From positions 70,432,001 to 70,496,000 of the forward strand of contig CM060732.1 in assembly GCA_030704615.1 (NCBI GenBank): 64,000 nt of DNA. Direction: 5' to 3'. This document shows, piece after piece, positions 34,101 to 47,800 of this stretch. The stretch is from Takakia lepidozioides (lineage: Eukaryota; Plantae; Bryophyta). The notes under the pieces are model-generated. The model worked only from the letters and a program-made list of their open reading frames with translations. It made no database searches and was not told the DNA's origin. The position numbers and the translations under genes are program-made. Position 1 is the first letter of the stretch; each line of letters opens with the position of its first letter.

Positions 34101-37100
34101 AGCCAGCACAGTAATTTGTTCACTGATCATTGCGAGCTGTAATCTAAAGTTTCCAGTTCTATATTCTCCAACAGTTGCATTTTGCAACAAACAAAGTGTC
34201 GTAATGTACAACCACATTGGTCAGTTTCTTTTGGAGTTTATCATACAGTTCTACATCTTCTGATACCCTCAGGTGCCAGGCAACCACTTGAGGCCATTTT
34301 TATTTCTCCAAAGGTTTCAAACAACAAACCAGCTGTTGGAGACACAAGCAGAGTTGAGATTCCCCCACTTGTTGTAGTTCTGCATGGAGGGCCGCATTCA
34401 GTTTCACAGACAAGCTTTTCAAGGACCACAGCCTTCCTCTCCGCCTTGGGCTTTGGTCTCCTCCATGTCAACTATAGGTGTGGTGTTAGTCAACCAGAAC
34501 CTTTGTAACCATGCTATGGGAGGGTATTTGACTACCATGAAAGACATGCTGAGAGATACCAATGTCTGGGCCTGTATACTCAGAGATTGATTGAAAACAA
34601 ACCTTTGAGGTACACACAGAGACGTGAGCTTCAATTGTGAGAGGCCTTTTTCATCTTGAGACAAAATGAACATTGTGATGTCTATCTATCTCTGTCTTAC
34701 TTTTGAGCAAGCATGAGAGGCTACATTTACTAGACCTGCCCTGTCGTCACTTGGTGCAGGGGTTCATTAGGCTATGGAGAGGAGGCGTTGCAGTCCTTAC
34801 CAGGCAATGTTGGCCGCCAGGTAATGAATTCCTAGCACATGAAACTTTGCATGTCCTCTTACATGTTATTTAGATCTGCTGGTTGAGCGCCCAAGCTTTG
34901 TGAACTTGGAGCACATCAACCCCACCCCATTTGCAGGACTTCAGATTGGACTGTCTTATAAGGAGCTGCAAGCAGTCGGTGAAGTAATTCTAAGAAAGAG
35001 ATCTTAAAATTAAGAATGCAGACAGTACGTTTTGAGAAGCAATGTCACATGGAGTTCACCGACAGTGGCTAAAATGAAACTAAACTGAGAAAATGACCTA
35101 TGTCGGGCTCATGGTGCTATGGTTCCATTTGGAGGGCCATTCACAACTCCTCAGTCTAGTCTCCCCAAAATCCCCACATTATCTGTTAAAATAATTCAAT
35201 GACATGACTTCCACAGGCGCTAACTTCTGAAGGTTGAACATCCATATCAAAGATAATCGCTGGTTCAGTGTGGGAGGGTTTGATTGTTACCTTTGAAAAT
35301 TTGCAGGACGTGGCAGATGTATTAGCTGCCCTTGACCAAGTGGTTGATAGGGGGCTGGCAGACCCAGCAAAGGTTGCAGTTTTTGGGGGCTCCCATGGGG
35401 GGTTCCTTGCATCACATCTTATTGGACAGGCAAAACTTCTTACCAACAGCACGTTTCACTGAAGTTGTACATTGTGCTATCTCCCGAGCGGTGTTCAGTT
35501 GGCCCTTTGGCGGCAATCTAGGTAGGTTTGACGTGATTGAGCTTTCATTAGAGGTCCAGAAGTGTTTGACTTTCAGTGTCGGTTCTCTGTAACCAGGCAC
35601 CTGACCGCTTTACCACGGCCATACTCAGAAATCCCGTGTGCAATGTGTCATCTATGGTGGGGGTCACTGACATCCCCGACTGGTGCTATGTGGAGGCCTT
35701 TGGCAAGGAAGGATTGAGTTCTTACTCAGAGGCACCCTCTGTCAATGATCTCAGCTCGCTTTATCAATGCTCCCCCATCTCTCATCTGTATAAGGTTTCG
35801 CGCCTGTCCTACAATTGCACTTTTGATCCTTTGTTGAAGCTTTCTCCCCTTGTACACATGCTTTTGTGTGCATTTGTCTTCATATGTATTTATGATGTGC
35901 GCATGTTATATGACAAACTTTGAATTAGAGTAAGGGTCATTGCAGGTGAAGGTGCCAACATTGTTTTTCCTGGGAGCTCAAGACCGGAGAGTGCCCGTCT
36001 CCAATGGCTTCCAGGCAAGTTTGCTGTGGAACTTTCAAACAGATCACATATAACTTGCAGCCCGGTTTCTTGGTGTGCAGAGAGCTTGAAATGAGCTTGC
36101 ACTTGAAATATTTGTCATAAAGCTCCAATAGTGGACAGTTAGCATTATGTACGACATTTAAGGTCTTCATGGTCAGATTTAGTGTTAAGAGATTCTGGTG
36201 ATTTTGTAGAGCTAGGGCTTTTGTCATTGATATGAGAAGTGGTTAGGTAAATGTTTGAGGGGCATAGGACTAATAGATTTTTGGCCTTGATTGGCAGGGC
36301 AGAGTCTATGAATTGAGTTCCTTAGTTGAAACTAGAAATATCGTTAGTGCAATTACTGGGAATCAGGTCCGCTCATTAGAGTAGTGAATAGTCCGTATAA
36401 ACTTATTCCTCAGGGTAGATGGCGCTCATGTTTAAGCATTGGAACTTTTGGCTTCTCCTGTTTGGCAATATAGCTTCTGGTTGCTTGATTTGCCTGAGAC
36501 ACATGTACTGATTCATCCTCTATGTGTTCTCTTTGAAGTAATTTATGTGAACTACTGCTTGTAGGCAACTAAAACAGAGTGGCTCTGCAATAAATATGAG
36601 AAATACATGGAACACCTCTGAATAACATCTTGAGTTTTCTGAGATATTTCTCCATTGTTAAGTTATACATCTCATCAGGATTAATAGTGACAGCATCAGC
36701 TGCCTGATTAGACCACATGTTTGTTATGTGTGCAGTTGTCCATCTTTTACATGGGCCTTGCAGCACTTCCAAAAGTGAAGGGCCCATCCTTAGCATGGAT
36801 TCAAATCCACTAATGTCTGTGAACCTTATTTTCCTACTGTCTAATGATTTCTGGCAGAGAACAACTATATGTGCTGCAACAAGTGAGTAGAACCTCGACC
36901 CACAGGTTGGAGCAAGTACAGGTGGATGTTAACATGACCACCATAAGGTGTATTGTTGAAGTTGAGAAGCAAAAAACTCAAGCATCCAGATTATGTCAAA
37001 AACATATTAGTTTGGTGAATGGGATTCTGAGGAAGGGAATGGTGGATGCAGGCCCCAGTCTGAGTTCGAGAGCTTTCTCAACACTGGAACTTGGCTCAAG

Positions 37101-37112
37101 AGATTTCTATAA
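28177..37112 (+). CDS. AARE: Acylamino-acid-releasing enzyme (acylpeptide hydrolase, peptidase S9C), ~16 visible exons; catalytic-His exon not found
   Basis: FYAIPSIDKAW; SVHGPIYADGW|FEGVSWS; DWGESYSGKR; KLGMKYCYNRPC; LHGGPHS..VNYRGSLGYGEEALQSLPG; GGSHGG (Ser); GAQDRRVP (Asp); last exon PQSEFESFLNTGTWLKRFL* at 37052-37112. Confidence 0.88.
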
Positions 37113-38894
37113 TAATGCCTGTTTCTTAACAACGAGTTTTTGGTTTTGAAGCTTTGATACTCCCTGAAGTCAATCAGTCTGTAAGTTGTCCAGATGCATG
37201 ACATTGGTATTTGAAATTGAAAAGCGTCGTTGTAGGCCATTTTTGTGCAACATGCCAAACGAATTTGGTGACAATTCTGATTCAGACAACAAGTTTTCAG
37301 AACAATTCATATAATTCATCATGATTCTTCACGTCAGGCTGTTTGCCATCGTTCTTTTCTGTTCTCTTCAAGCAAGTGGCTAGGGCACAAATCTGCTTTA
37401 CAAGTGGTTATGGGTACCACCAAACTGATGAGTAGAGAGCATTGCCAAACGACTGCTCTCCAAGAGATTCTTCCATTTACTGTCCTTGGAATGCTACTTG
37501 CCCCATAAACTTCTTGTATCTTACCAGACCCGAGCAGATTGGAACCTGCTCTGACAGAGGAGAAATGAAGCTGAGCCACGAAAGGCAAAATAACCCCACA
37601 AAGGAAGGTAAGCACTCGTATGATGTGCTGCAGGGGCGGCTGAACACATGTGGTGGAAACTGGAAACCTTCGCTGGTGAAATTGGTGGTTTGTAGTTATA
37701 CTGTCAGATGGATTGGGGAGTCCGACTCCGAGCCAACAAGTGGAGGAGCGCATAGGCTTGTGGGAAGCAAACACACTGCACGCAGAGAAGGCCAACAGTG
37801 TGCGGAGTGCAACAGATCTGTGCATGTGGCATTATTTGAATCATCTCTCACACTGAGACTGTTGCGAGCCAACAGCCCTCTGACATGGCCGTTGTGCTCC
37901 GAGCATACACAGCCGCTTCTCTACACTTGAAATGAACACTCATCTTCAAAGTTGACCTAAACTCCTCCGAAAAGGTTGGGACTAATAAGGACGAAAGGGT
38001 ATGACAACACTGCGCAGACTGTCAGTGTTGCTGGAGGCTCTGCTGGAGCCTGTCGAGCATGCCAACCTCACCGCGTACTACCTGCCCTGCATCCTCACAG
38101 ATATGGCTTTCCTTTTGTGCTGTCGATTACTTCTATCAACCTGACTCGACTCACCTGTGCTTTATACCGCCTCTGTGTGACTCTCTTGCGAGATCTGTGG
38201 ATGACGCGCATAGGTCCAACGGTTGACCGTCATCGTCATCATCATCGTCATTGTCGATACTTGGGATGCTTGACAGTCAGCACTGCTTTCTATCTACCGA
38301 GGCGGGACCCATCATCTCCCCCATTTTCCCGCGCAGACAAACAAACAAGAATGATGAGCTCAGACCAGCACCGAAAACAGGCCAAGAGTTATGATGGGAC
38401 GGATGGACTGATGGGACGGATGGATGGAGGAAGCAAGAAGATGGCTTGATGGCTGTGTGGTTAGATGAATGAAAGAAGAGCAAACGGATGAGCCTGTCGA
38501 TGGGGAACGACACGTGGAGGTGTGGCAGGTGTGGCAGGTGCGCCTTTATGAGAAGCTCCGTATTTCACTGGGCACTTCCACCGATGCCACCGGCAGTGGG
38601 ACCGGCCACTCCCGGTGGCACTGCAGCAGCGCAGCCAACACTCGCTCGAGAGAGAGAGAGGGAGAGGAAGAAGATAGATAGATATATAAAGAGGTGAGAG
38701 AGAGACAGAGACAGAGAGAGCTGCAAATGCGAGGCGTACAGAGGCCAGGCGAGTGTTGATTGATCACTCATTGTACATTCTTTCAGGCCACACCAGGATC
38801 CGGGTCACAGAAATTTTCCAGGGACAGAGGGAGAAGAGACGGAGCATTTGGTGGAGGGAAGTGGAAACGGGATTGGTTTCCTTTTTCTTTCTCC

Positions 38895-41800
38895 ATGGGG
38901 CAAGTGGAGCGCTTCATTGTGGAGGTAGAGGCTGCGGTGGCCGGCGGGGATGGAGTTCCATCCATGGGGCCTGTGTACAGAAGTGTGTATGCGAAGGACG
39001 GATTTCCACCTCTTCCGGAAGGGCTTCAAACTCCTTGGGACTTTTTTGCGTACGTGCATTCATCTATGCTGTGTGCGATTTGTTCTTTTTCTTTTTCTTG
39101 TACGGTTTTAAGTAGGCGTGATTTCTCGCTCAGCGTGAGTTTTTAGATTACTCCATTGCTTGTTGGATGTAGTCTGATACACCTGTAAGACTGGTGAGTG
39201 GAGGTGGGTGAGGGTTCAATGCCAAACTTCGGAACAAAATCATGGAAACCAGATTTCCAGTTCATTGCAGTTAATGCTTGCGTGCTTTTTATTATGCGCC
39301 GCATCTTACAGTAGACATGGAGTCTGGAAAACCAGTGCAATTTTCACTAGTTAGGTTCCTCATCAGTGGACATTCAGGGGAGCGCCTTTTGACGACTAGC
39401 TGATTGTTACATTCAGCTAATATCTTAGTCTTCTTGTTTCTTTGTGTTCGTAAGTAAGAAACATCTGACAGGAAGACCATAGGTTCTCTGGGACAGTCAA
39501 GTGCAATGCAAAATAAACTCGTGAAATTAAATACTAAGTTGCCCTAGGGACGAGGACTTGATGTAACTCGGCTTCTACCTCTTGGCCATTCCAGATGCTG
39601 GAAGTTGTCATATATAACCTTGCCTAAAGGCAATGAAAAATCAACCATATCTGACAGAAAGAACAAAAACCATATTGAGAGATTCATCGAGCATGGGACT
39701 GTGTTGATATTGATCGGCGCTAGATACAGTCAGTGAAGTTGGCCATCGGCACCCTTTTCGTCTGTCGAAGGTTTCACCCACACTACTACGGTGGTGCTGG
39801 GCCCACCTGCTGGCCTCTGAGGCACAGGAGGCAAACACATGGGCAGAAATTCACAGTGGACCTCTTTCCCGGCTGTTGCTACAGGCGCATATGGGTGAGC
39901 GCTTTTGACCTTTTAAGCAACTGCAAAAAGGGTGGTAACGAAACTAGGGTTGTGAATCCACTGTGGCGGGCTTCGTGGACCGTGAAGATAGGTACCCTCG
40001 CTTAACAAGGATCAGCCCAGTTGGCCTACACCGCCCGAGTTAGGTCACTTTGGATGCAGATGTACCTGTGGGGAAGTTTGATAATGTAGATTTGCTTGGA
40101 CGCTGTAAAGGCCCAGCTGGGCTACCCAGCAGGTGAAACACACCCAGTGAGACAAGAAATCACATGGAAATCCTTGGGCATCCCAGTTATCTGTAACTGT
40201 ATGGCCAGTTTACTATTGGTGCTGAGAGCCTATGTCTCTACAGGACAAAGAAACTGTTTCTGAAGGACTAAAGCAACAATTTGGAAGGCCACATTTCGTC
40301 CTTCCGTCCACGTGCGAAATGTCCATCTCTTATTACACTTTTTGGCAAAAGAAACCCCGAGGCAAAAGAAACCTCCAGGCGGAGCAAAAAGTTAGAATGT
40401 ACTCAAGAGATATTGTTTGCCATAGCCCTGTGGCCTTAGATCCCGTCTGAACAACAGGGAACAGACACTACCTTTGTGAGGGACTCACTCCAGTAGTGGG
40501 ACTCACTTTGGTATAAACAATTGATGAGCAACAAGATAGAAAAGGAAGGGATATGAGGTGATTGATACTTTATATCATCCGCGGAGATCTCAAAGAGCTT
40601 ATGGGAAGAGAGAGAGCATGAAACAAGAAAGAGAGAGGCGCCCTCCATGAGCAACCATATGCATATAAACTGCTAAGCATTTCTGAACCCTCGAAGTGGA
40701 AGATCTCTGTGAGAGTTTCGGTAAATCACAGAATAGACGATAGAATCTCTCACGGATCTCATAGTAGAGAGGACAGTGAATAAAGAAATGTTCTTCACTT
40801 TCAAATTCCCTGTTGTTTCCAGCGCAAGCGGGGCACAGGCGGTTCTCATGTTGCAGGCTGTCCCACCTACCAGTCTCTATCCGCAGACTGTGGGAGCAAG
40901 TTACAAAGAAGACCCCTTACTGAGAGCTAGAAGAGAGGGGAGATTTGAGGGAGAGATGCAGACTAACAAGGAGAGGAGGAAGGAAGAAGAAAGCTTAATT
41001 CCGACAGCTTACCACACACTCCAAGAGTGGTCTATGCACAGCCCAGAGGACCAATGGACTGTGTCTTCACTGGAAATGTAGCACTGAACCACCTGTCTGT
41101 GTGCTCAGTGTACAAGGGAAGGCAATGGAAGAATGTAGCAGTCAGTTAATTGGGCGAATGCTTGGCCCTGCTATTGGAGGTAAAAATACACTGTGGCAAC
41201 TGCACTAAGGGCATGGGTCTTTATTATGTCTCTGTCTTCTCCATCACACATGAGCACACAGACCCCCCCCCCTTTAGACCATGGAACGAGCTCGTAAGTA
41301 AACAAGAGTCTGGAAGCACGATCTCTATTCCAGTAGCTTAGAAAATGAAATTAAAGTTCGTTGCATAGTTGCTGCATTGTAGATGGCGAAAACATGCTTA
41401 TGCTAAATTTGGCATGAAGGCAAGTTTTCTGTAACTCAACATCCAGTTGACATGGAATGTCACGTCCGTGTAAACCAGCATGTAAGACTCTATCAAGTTG
41501 GCAATCTGTACACACTGATTTCGCTATTCAAGGTGTCCAAATCCAACAAACAATAATTCCTTAAGGTGTTTACCAAGAGGATTATCCAACCCCGTTTCTT
41601 TTTGAAGTTGGATTATGACCTGCAATCGACTCTCTTTCATAGTAAGGAGTTTTGTCTATCCAGAGAAGTGTGGCTGAACTTTGTTATAAATCATCTCACA
41701 TTCAAAAGACAATTAGTACCTAGTTATGTTCCAGTTCGCAGATGCAGGAACAGGTTATGTGTCTTACTTAGCGTTTGCATATTAAAGCAGCGTTACTCTG

Positions 41801-44800
41801 ATAGAAGGTGGACTCCTACTGAAGCAGGTGTAAGTTATGGTGTCTCTTCACGCTACTGCCTTTCATCCACTATGATTGAAAAAGGATGGTCGATTCCACT
41901 ATGATCCCCTTCCTTCAATGGCTCTGTCCATTTCAAGATTAGTCAACATTTTTCCTCCTGCAAATTTTTATGGGTGCATGACTTGGTTATAATGGCTTAC
42001 TTGCTTGGGATTCTGTCATTAGCAAACAGAATGTCATGATAGTCAGTTGCAGTAAAACGTTTCCTCTGCAGCTTTCAACCTCTGATGAGAGGACTTTAAA
42101 TGGACCCCACATGTTGAGGCCCTTCTATGGAGGCTTCTGCACAATTACCTCCATATCAGTGCCGTTGACGTTGAAGGAGACTATTATGTTCAAGGGATAT
42201 CTGAAGTGTGAAGTGTTACCCAAAATCAGTGTTAGCATGGTTGAGTACTCACTTTTATTGCATTTTTCTGCCTTGTTCTTGGGATCTTGGAGCCTAGCTG
42301 AGATTTGCTCTGCTAGTGAATGGCCTTTTTTCTGATATGTACATGGCATGAAGGTCTGTTGTGCCTACTATCATGTGTGGTTTTCGTCTTTCCAGTGCGA
42401 CAGTTAAAAAGTTTCCGACAAGGAGGATGCTCGGGGCTCGCGAGATGAAGAATGGAGTTGTAAGTGGTGCCCCTGTAGCATGCTTCGTACTGTCAACTTG
42501 AGTTTGAGTCAAGCTACATATCCTTTTGCACAAAGTTTCCGCGGGAGAGCCTTTTGTGAAAAGATTGTACTCATAAGACATTGTTTGCCGTAGCCTTGTG
42601 GCCATTGAAAAGAGAAGAGAAGGAGCCTAAGTCTATTGAAGGATTCAAGTTTTTGTGGATGGATATTCAGCCCAACGGTAGGAAACCACCTTGAAGACAT
42701 TCTCAAAACCAAGTAGATTTCACTGTGCTGTCCTTGTGGTATCCGAAGTTTGGATTATTTACTTTAAGTATGCCTTTGGAAACTGCAGGCGGGGAAATAT
42801 GTGTGGCAAACTTATCAACAAGTCCACAATAATGTTCTTCTGCTTGGGTCTGCCATGCGGCATGTGGGTGTGGAACCTGTATGTTTCTTCCCTTACACAA
42901 AGGCTTCACTGCTGACATTTTCCTTGTACACAGTTGATGAGAAAGTGGAGTGCTGGAGAGTAGAGGGCTACATATGATATGCATAGGTATGAACATAGAT
43001 GCAAGTAGTGGGTCAACCATGTGTCTAGATGGAGAATCAGAGTGTGTGAAGGACTAGAGATACTTGTCCATGGGTGGCACAATTAGAGAGGTAGGGACAT
43101 AAGCAGACAAGACAGGACCCGGGTTTTTGAAAGGCGCTTAACAGGAGTATGTCATCTGTTGCAACTGCATACTCTCAGAAAGGCCGCTGTGGAGTCTATG
43201 GAGCAAATTGTCCAGAATGGTTCATTGCAATGGAGGTGTGCCATTTTTCTATCCTGTGCTATGTCCAACCTTTTTGACCTCTTATTTCAATGGAAGTGGG
43301 GTCGGACATGTTTGTAGTTGGATGCTGTATTGATGGTATAGGCTTCTAGCTGTTTGCAAGGCACTATGTTAATGCCGTTGAAAGCATTACTCGATTGTTT
43401 GTCGCCATGTGTGACACAGGCATGCAACAGCCACAGCATAGTGTGTGTTCCTCTATATGACACTCTTGGTAATCCTCATACTCACATATTTCATATGCAT
43501 TTTCAGTTTTGAGTCAATTCGAGTGTGGAAAGTGAGCTTACTGATGACAGAACTATTCAAGGGACATAAGAAGACATGTTCCAAGCAAAATCTGGAGGGC
43601 CAAATGGCAATTTACAGCCCCCAGCTTGGAATCTTGTGTAGTTGAAATCGTGTATAGGGGTTATGATACAACTTCCATGTCCTTTGCAGATGGCATGTCT
43701 CATATGGATTTCCGAACTCCTATGATTGACAGACAGGTTGATCACCTGCAGTGTATGAAGTGCTGATTGTTAGGTCTATAAAGTCTTTTTGAAGTCCCAC
43801 AATGCTATCAACACCTTCCAAATTCAAATGGTTCTCTGTAATTCAGGAACGGACGCCGTGGAATTCATTGTAAATCATGCAGAGGTTCAGATAGCATTTG
43901 TGCAAGAGGCCAAGCTTCCCCTGGTATCTCCCCTTGCTCTTCCCCTGCATACATCGACAAACACTTTCTATTCAATCTCTGTATGAGGTTCAGAATGTCC
44001 AGCTCCCTGTGCCACTCTGTTCGTTTTTTTGCCTTCAAATTTAAAGGATTTTATGACTTTATTATTGGGTAGATGAGTTCTTGTGAAGTCTATCTTTCTC
44101 TTTTACTCAAATTTGCTTCAAGACATGCCCTGTTGTTGCCCTCCTTTTCGTCTTCAAGCTCCACCCCCCACCCCATCCGTCCATTGTCTATCATCCTGCA
44201 ATTGAGTTTGTCATAAGGAGATACATATGCACGAGGAGAAGAGCAGTGATAGTACATGGGGTGGCTATCATATGGGGTATGGCTGCAAGAGGGAGGCTGG
44301 ACACCTAACTGTCATGGATAAATCTACCTCCCTGTTTGTGTTAATTATGATACAATGTTGCTGTACAGATGATAGCATCCCTGCCCAAGTGCACCAAACT
44401 GACAAGTACGTCCTCTTCTGTCCTTTGTTATTAGCTGGCTGCGGAGTGTAGGGGTTTTGGGGTCAATCCTAATCAGGCCACCTCAGTAGACTTTTGCAGG
44501 AGGTTTACATTGCCGTGGTGAATGAGGGCTCAATTGAATATGTGGCTGTGATGTTAGTTACCCTTTACGCCAAATTGAGGATGCATGTGGAATGTGATGC
44601 TCAAACAACAGTTGTCAACTGTGTGGTTGTCAAACAAGCCTTAAATTCATCTTCACTTTTTTTTCTCATAGTAGTTGATACTGAAGCTGTGGATGTGCAG
44701 CATTGGTGAGCTTTGGAGCTTTAACAAGCGAGCAGAAAGCTGCAGCTTCAAAAGCTAATGTTGCAGTCTACCCTTGGCAAGATTTCATGGAGCTGGTGTG

Positions 44801-47800
44801 TATTTTTCTGCCTTAAATGGCTGCTTTTTTGAAATCTTGCCATGTCCCTGTCAGAAATTGATAGTCAGCATCTCCATGGATGATAATACATATCTGGTGT
44901 GCTTGCAGTCTCTTCTGAAAATCCCTCTTAACCCGTCGATCATGCTTTCTCAGTACTTCTTTTCTGGTTACCTTCAATTGTAAGTATGGAGATATCTTGA
45001 TACTTGTAAGGATATTGCAGGGGAAAGGTGGGCTGACAAATCTACCTCACAGCTTGTGTTTGTTTGTTCAGCGCTGTAAGAGTCTACTACTTGTTGTAGA
45101 AGTCACCCGTTATTTTAATTGTTTATATCTGTGTATTTCATGCCCTGTAGTATAGTTTGATCTTTGATTTCACACACTTTTTTGGGACTTACAGATGTTA
45201 GTAGCCACTGTAATTGCATCCTTCAGGGTAGGAAGAATCCAGTGGATCCATCGCCTCCAGGTGCAGATGATCTCTCGACAATCATGTATACGAGTGGCAC
45301 CACAGGGGAGCCCAAGGGAGTGCTCCTCAGCCATGGAAGTGTCTCGAGCTGCATAGCTAGTCTTGACTACTTTCTCAAATGCCGGAATGAAGTGGTGGGG
45401 CTTCTATCTGTTGGTCTTTTCAAACTGCAGTTCAACTTGAATGGAAGTTTGAGATTCAAAAGTTCTTTTCGTGCTCTATACCAATTCAGTGACCTGATTC
45501 TGCTCATATCTCAACTGTGAGCGAGTGGCTCTCTTCGTGTGTCCTAGAGTACGCCTTTGAAGCTAGTTTTTATTTTGACAAATTGCAATTTTCCGATTTT
45601 GGTAGGTAAATGGACAGCTGTTTCTTTTTGTTAACCGTGGGGGATTGGAAGTTTGTCTACATGGTTATCATCAGCAGTCTTGATGATGGTAATGGACAGA
45701 TGAAAGTGCATCAAATCTGGCATCAATGAAATAGTTGCAGCGTCTCTGCATTATTTGGTAGCCATATTGTTAAATCATAGATGCCAGAGCATTATTTCAA
45801 TTGTCACTAGACACAATTGACAACGTCATGACATTCTGATTGAAGTAGATCTTTGGTATTTTGCACATTGACTTTTGAGAGATTTTCTGCAGATTGATGA
45901 GACGGACACATACTTTTCTTTTCTGCCTTTGGCACATATATTTGATCGTGTATCTGAGGAGTTTTTTGTCTTTATAGGCGGCTCGATTGGATTCTGGCAA
46001 GGGGTAAGTTTGATGATGCATTCGCCTCCACCATATTGTTTTGTCGACTGAGGAAAATAAGCAAAAGATAGTTAGAATCAGTGTTGAACACATTTACCAA
46101 CTTATTTATCTTTCAACCTCAGGTGCATAGGGTCAGAATCAGTAGCTGTTGCATACAGGTATGGTTTTGCCATGGCACATGGTATTAAGCAACCTGGAAG
46201 TCATTAACATTGACACATGAAGATTGCCACTTTTGCATGTTGTATGCGCCTTTGGATGAGCTAGTGAGTGATTTTTGAGTTAGAGTGATAGCTGTTCATA
46301 CATGCAGTATGATGTGTGATTGTTGGCATAACTTTCATCCTTGTTATCTCAATTGCATGCAGGACATTAAGAAGATAACAGAGGACATTGCGGAATTGAA
46401 ACCTACTCTCTTTACTGCGGTTCCTCGTGTCTATGACCGGATTTTTACAGGTTAGCCAAGTTGCATTTGACTCACCAGACAGAGTTGGGTTACCATCGCA
46501 TAAATCTAATCTGGATAATTTTTTTCCAGGAATCACCACAAAGGTTGCTGCAGCTGGAGGAATCAAGAAGTGGTTGTTTGATTTTGGTTACTCTATGTGA
46601 GATCCATTTCCTTCAGATGTAGTTTCTAGTTCTGGCTGTTGAATTTTACTGTCCAAGGATGGAGTTAGGTATATGTTGATTTCCTTTTCCTGCACTGGTA
46701 CAAGCCAGAGGTTGTTAATATTTATAATGCTATCTTAATAAGGTCGATTGCTCTAGTTTTTCTCACTAGAGTCATCCCTGATAGACAACCTTCACGTGTC
46801 ATGATGTAATGATTCTTCATAAGATTGTGTCTGTTGAGCGTTCCCACAAACATTTTGCTGGAAATCTGGAACCAATTTCTAGTATTTGGATGTTGATTTT
46901 CCTTAAAACTGGGTGATGGCAGCAAACTGAGGTCATTAATGAGGGGTGTGAAGTATGATAAGTCTTCTCCGCTATTTGACAAGCTTGTGTTCAACAAGGT
47001 CGGTGCCCTTATTGTGTGTTAGCTATCCCAGTGATTCAAATGTTTTTGTGGCCAAGTTAACTATCTGCAAGGCATGTAAGCAAAGCACAACTTGGGAGGA
47101 TGATTAGTGCTATGGACCTCAAGTTGGTCAAATTTGAGAGGGATTACTCTACAATTTGCAAGAACACTGTCCAGCTAGCAAATTTTTGGAAGTTAGTCTT
47201 GGCCTCAATCAACTTATGTAGCGCTTACACCCTGTTGTTTCATGCATAGCACCAGGAAGCTGAGCTCTGTCCCGTGGGGTTGGCTTTTGGGGGCACCAGG
47301 TGAAGACGAGCCTAGGCGGGCAAGTAAAGCTTGTGATATCTGGGGCCGCACCCCTTGCCGTCCATGTTGAGGAGTTTCTACGAGTAGTAATGTGCGCCCC
47401 TGTCACACAGGGCTATGGTATGGACCAGGAGCCCCTTTTGTTCCCCTTCATTAGTGTTTGTATCACAATGGACACTACTGCACCTCTATTTGCTCTGGTA
47501 ACCGACTCTGACAGTTTTGACTCTTTCTTTGGTATGATTTCTGGTAATTTGTCCTTCCACCAATACTATGTTAAGTACTAAGTGGAGGATATCTGAAACG
47601 CCTGAACTGATTCTATATGCTGAGAAAAAATGTGTTTCTTCTATCCATAGTAGCTAATGCATGCACGGGTTTGCCAGGGTTGACGGAGACATGCGCTGCA
47701 AGCTTCATTCAGATACCAAATGTGATCTCCATGCAGGGGACAGTAGGACCCCCCTTGCCCTGCATTGATGTGCGGCTTGAGTCTGTTCCTGAATTGAGCT

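Noticed and set aside
37334-38513. Several 150-160-aa ORFs between AARE and LACS
   Set aside because: No recognisable domain or splice structure; probably intergenic or promoter sequence.
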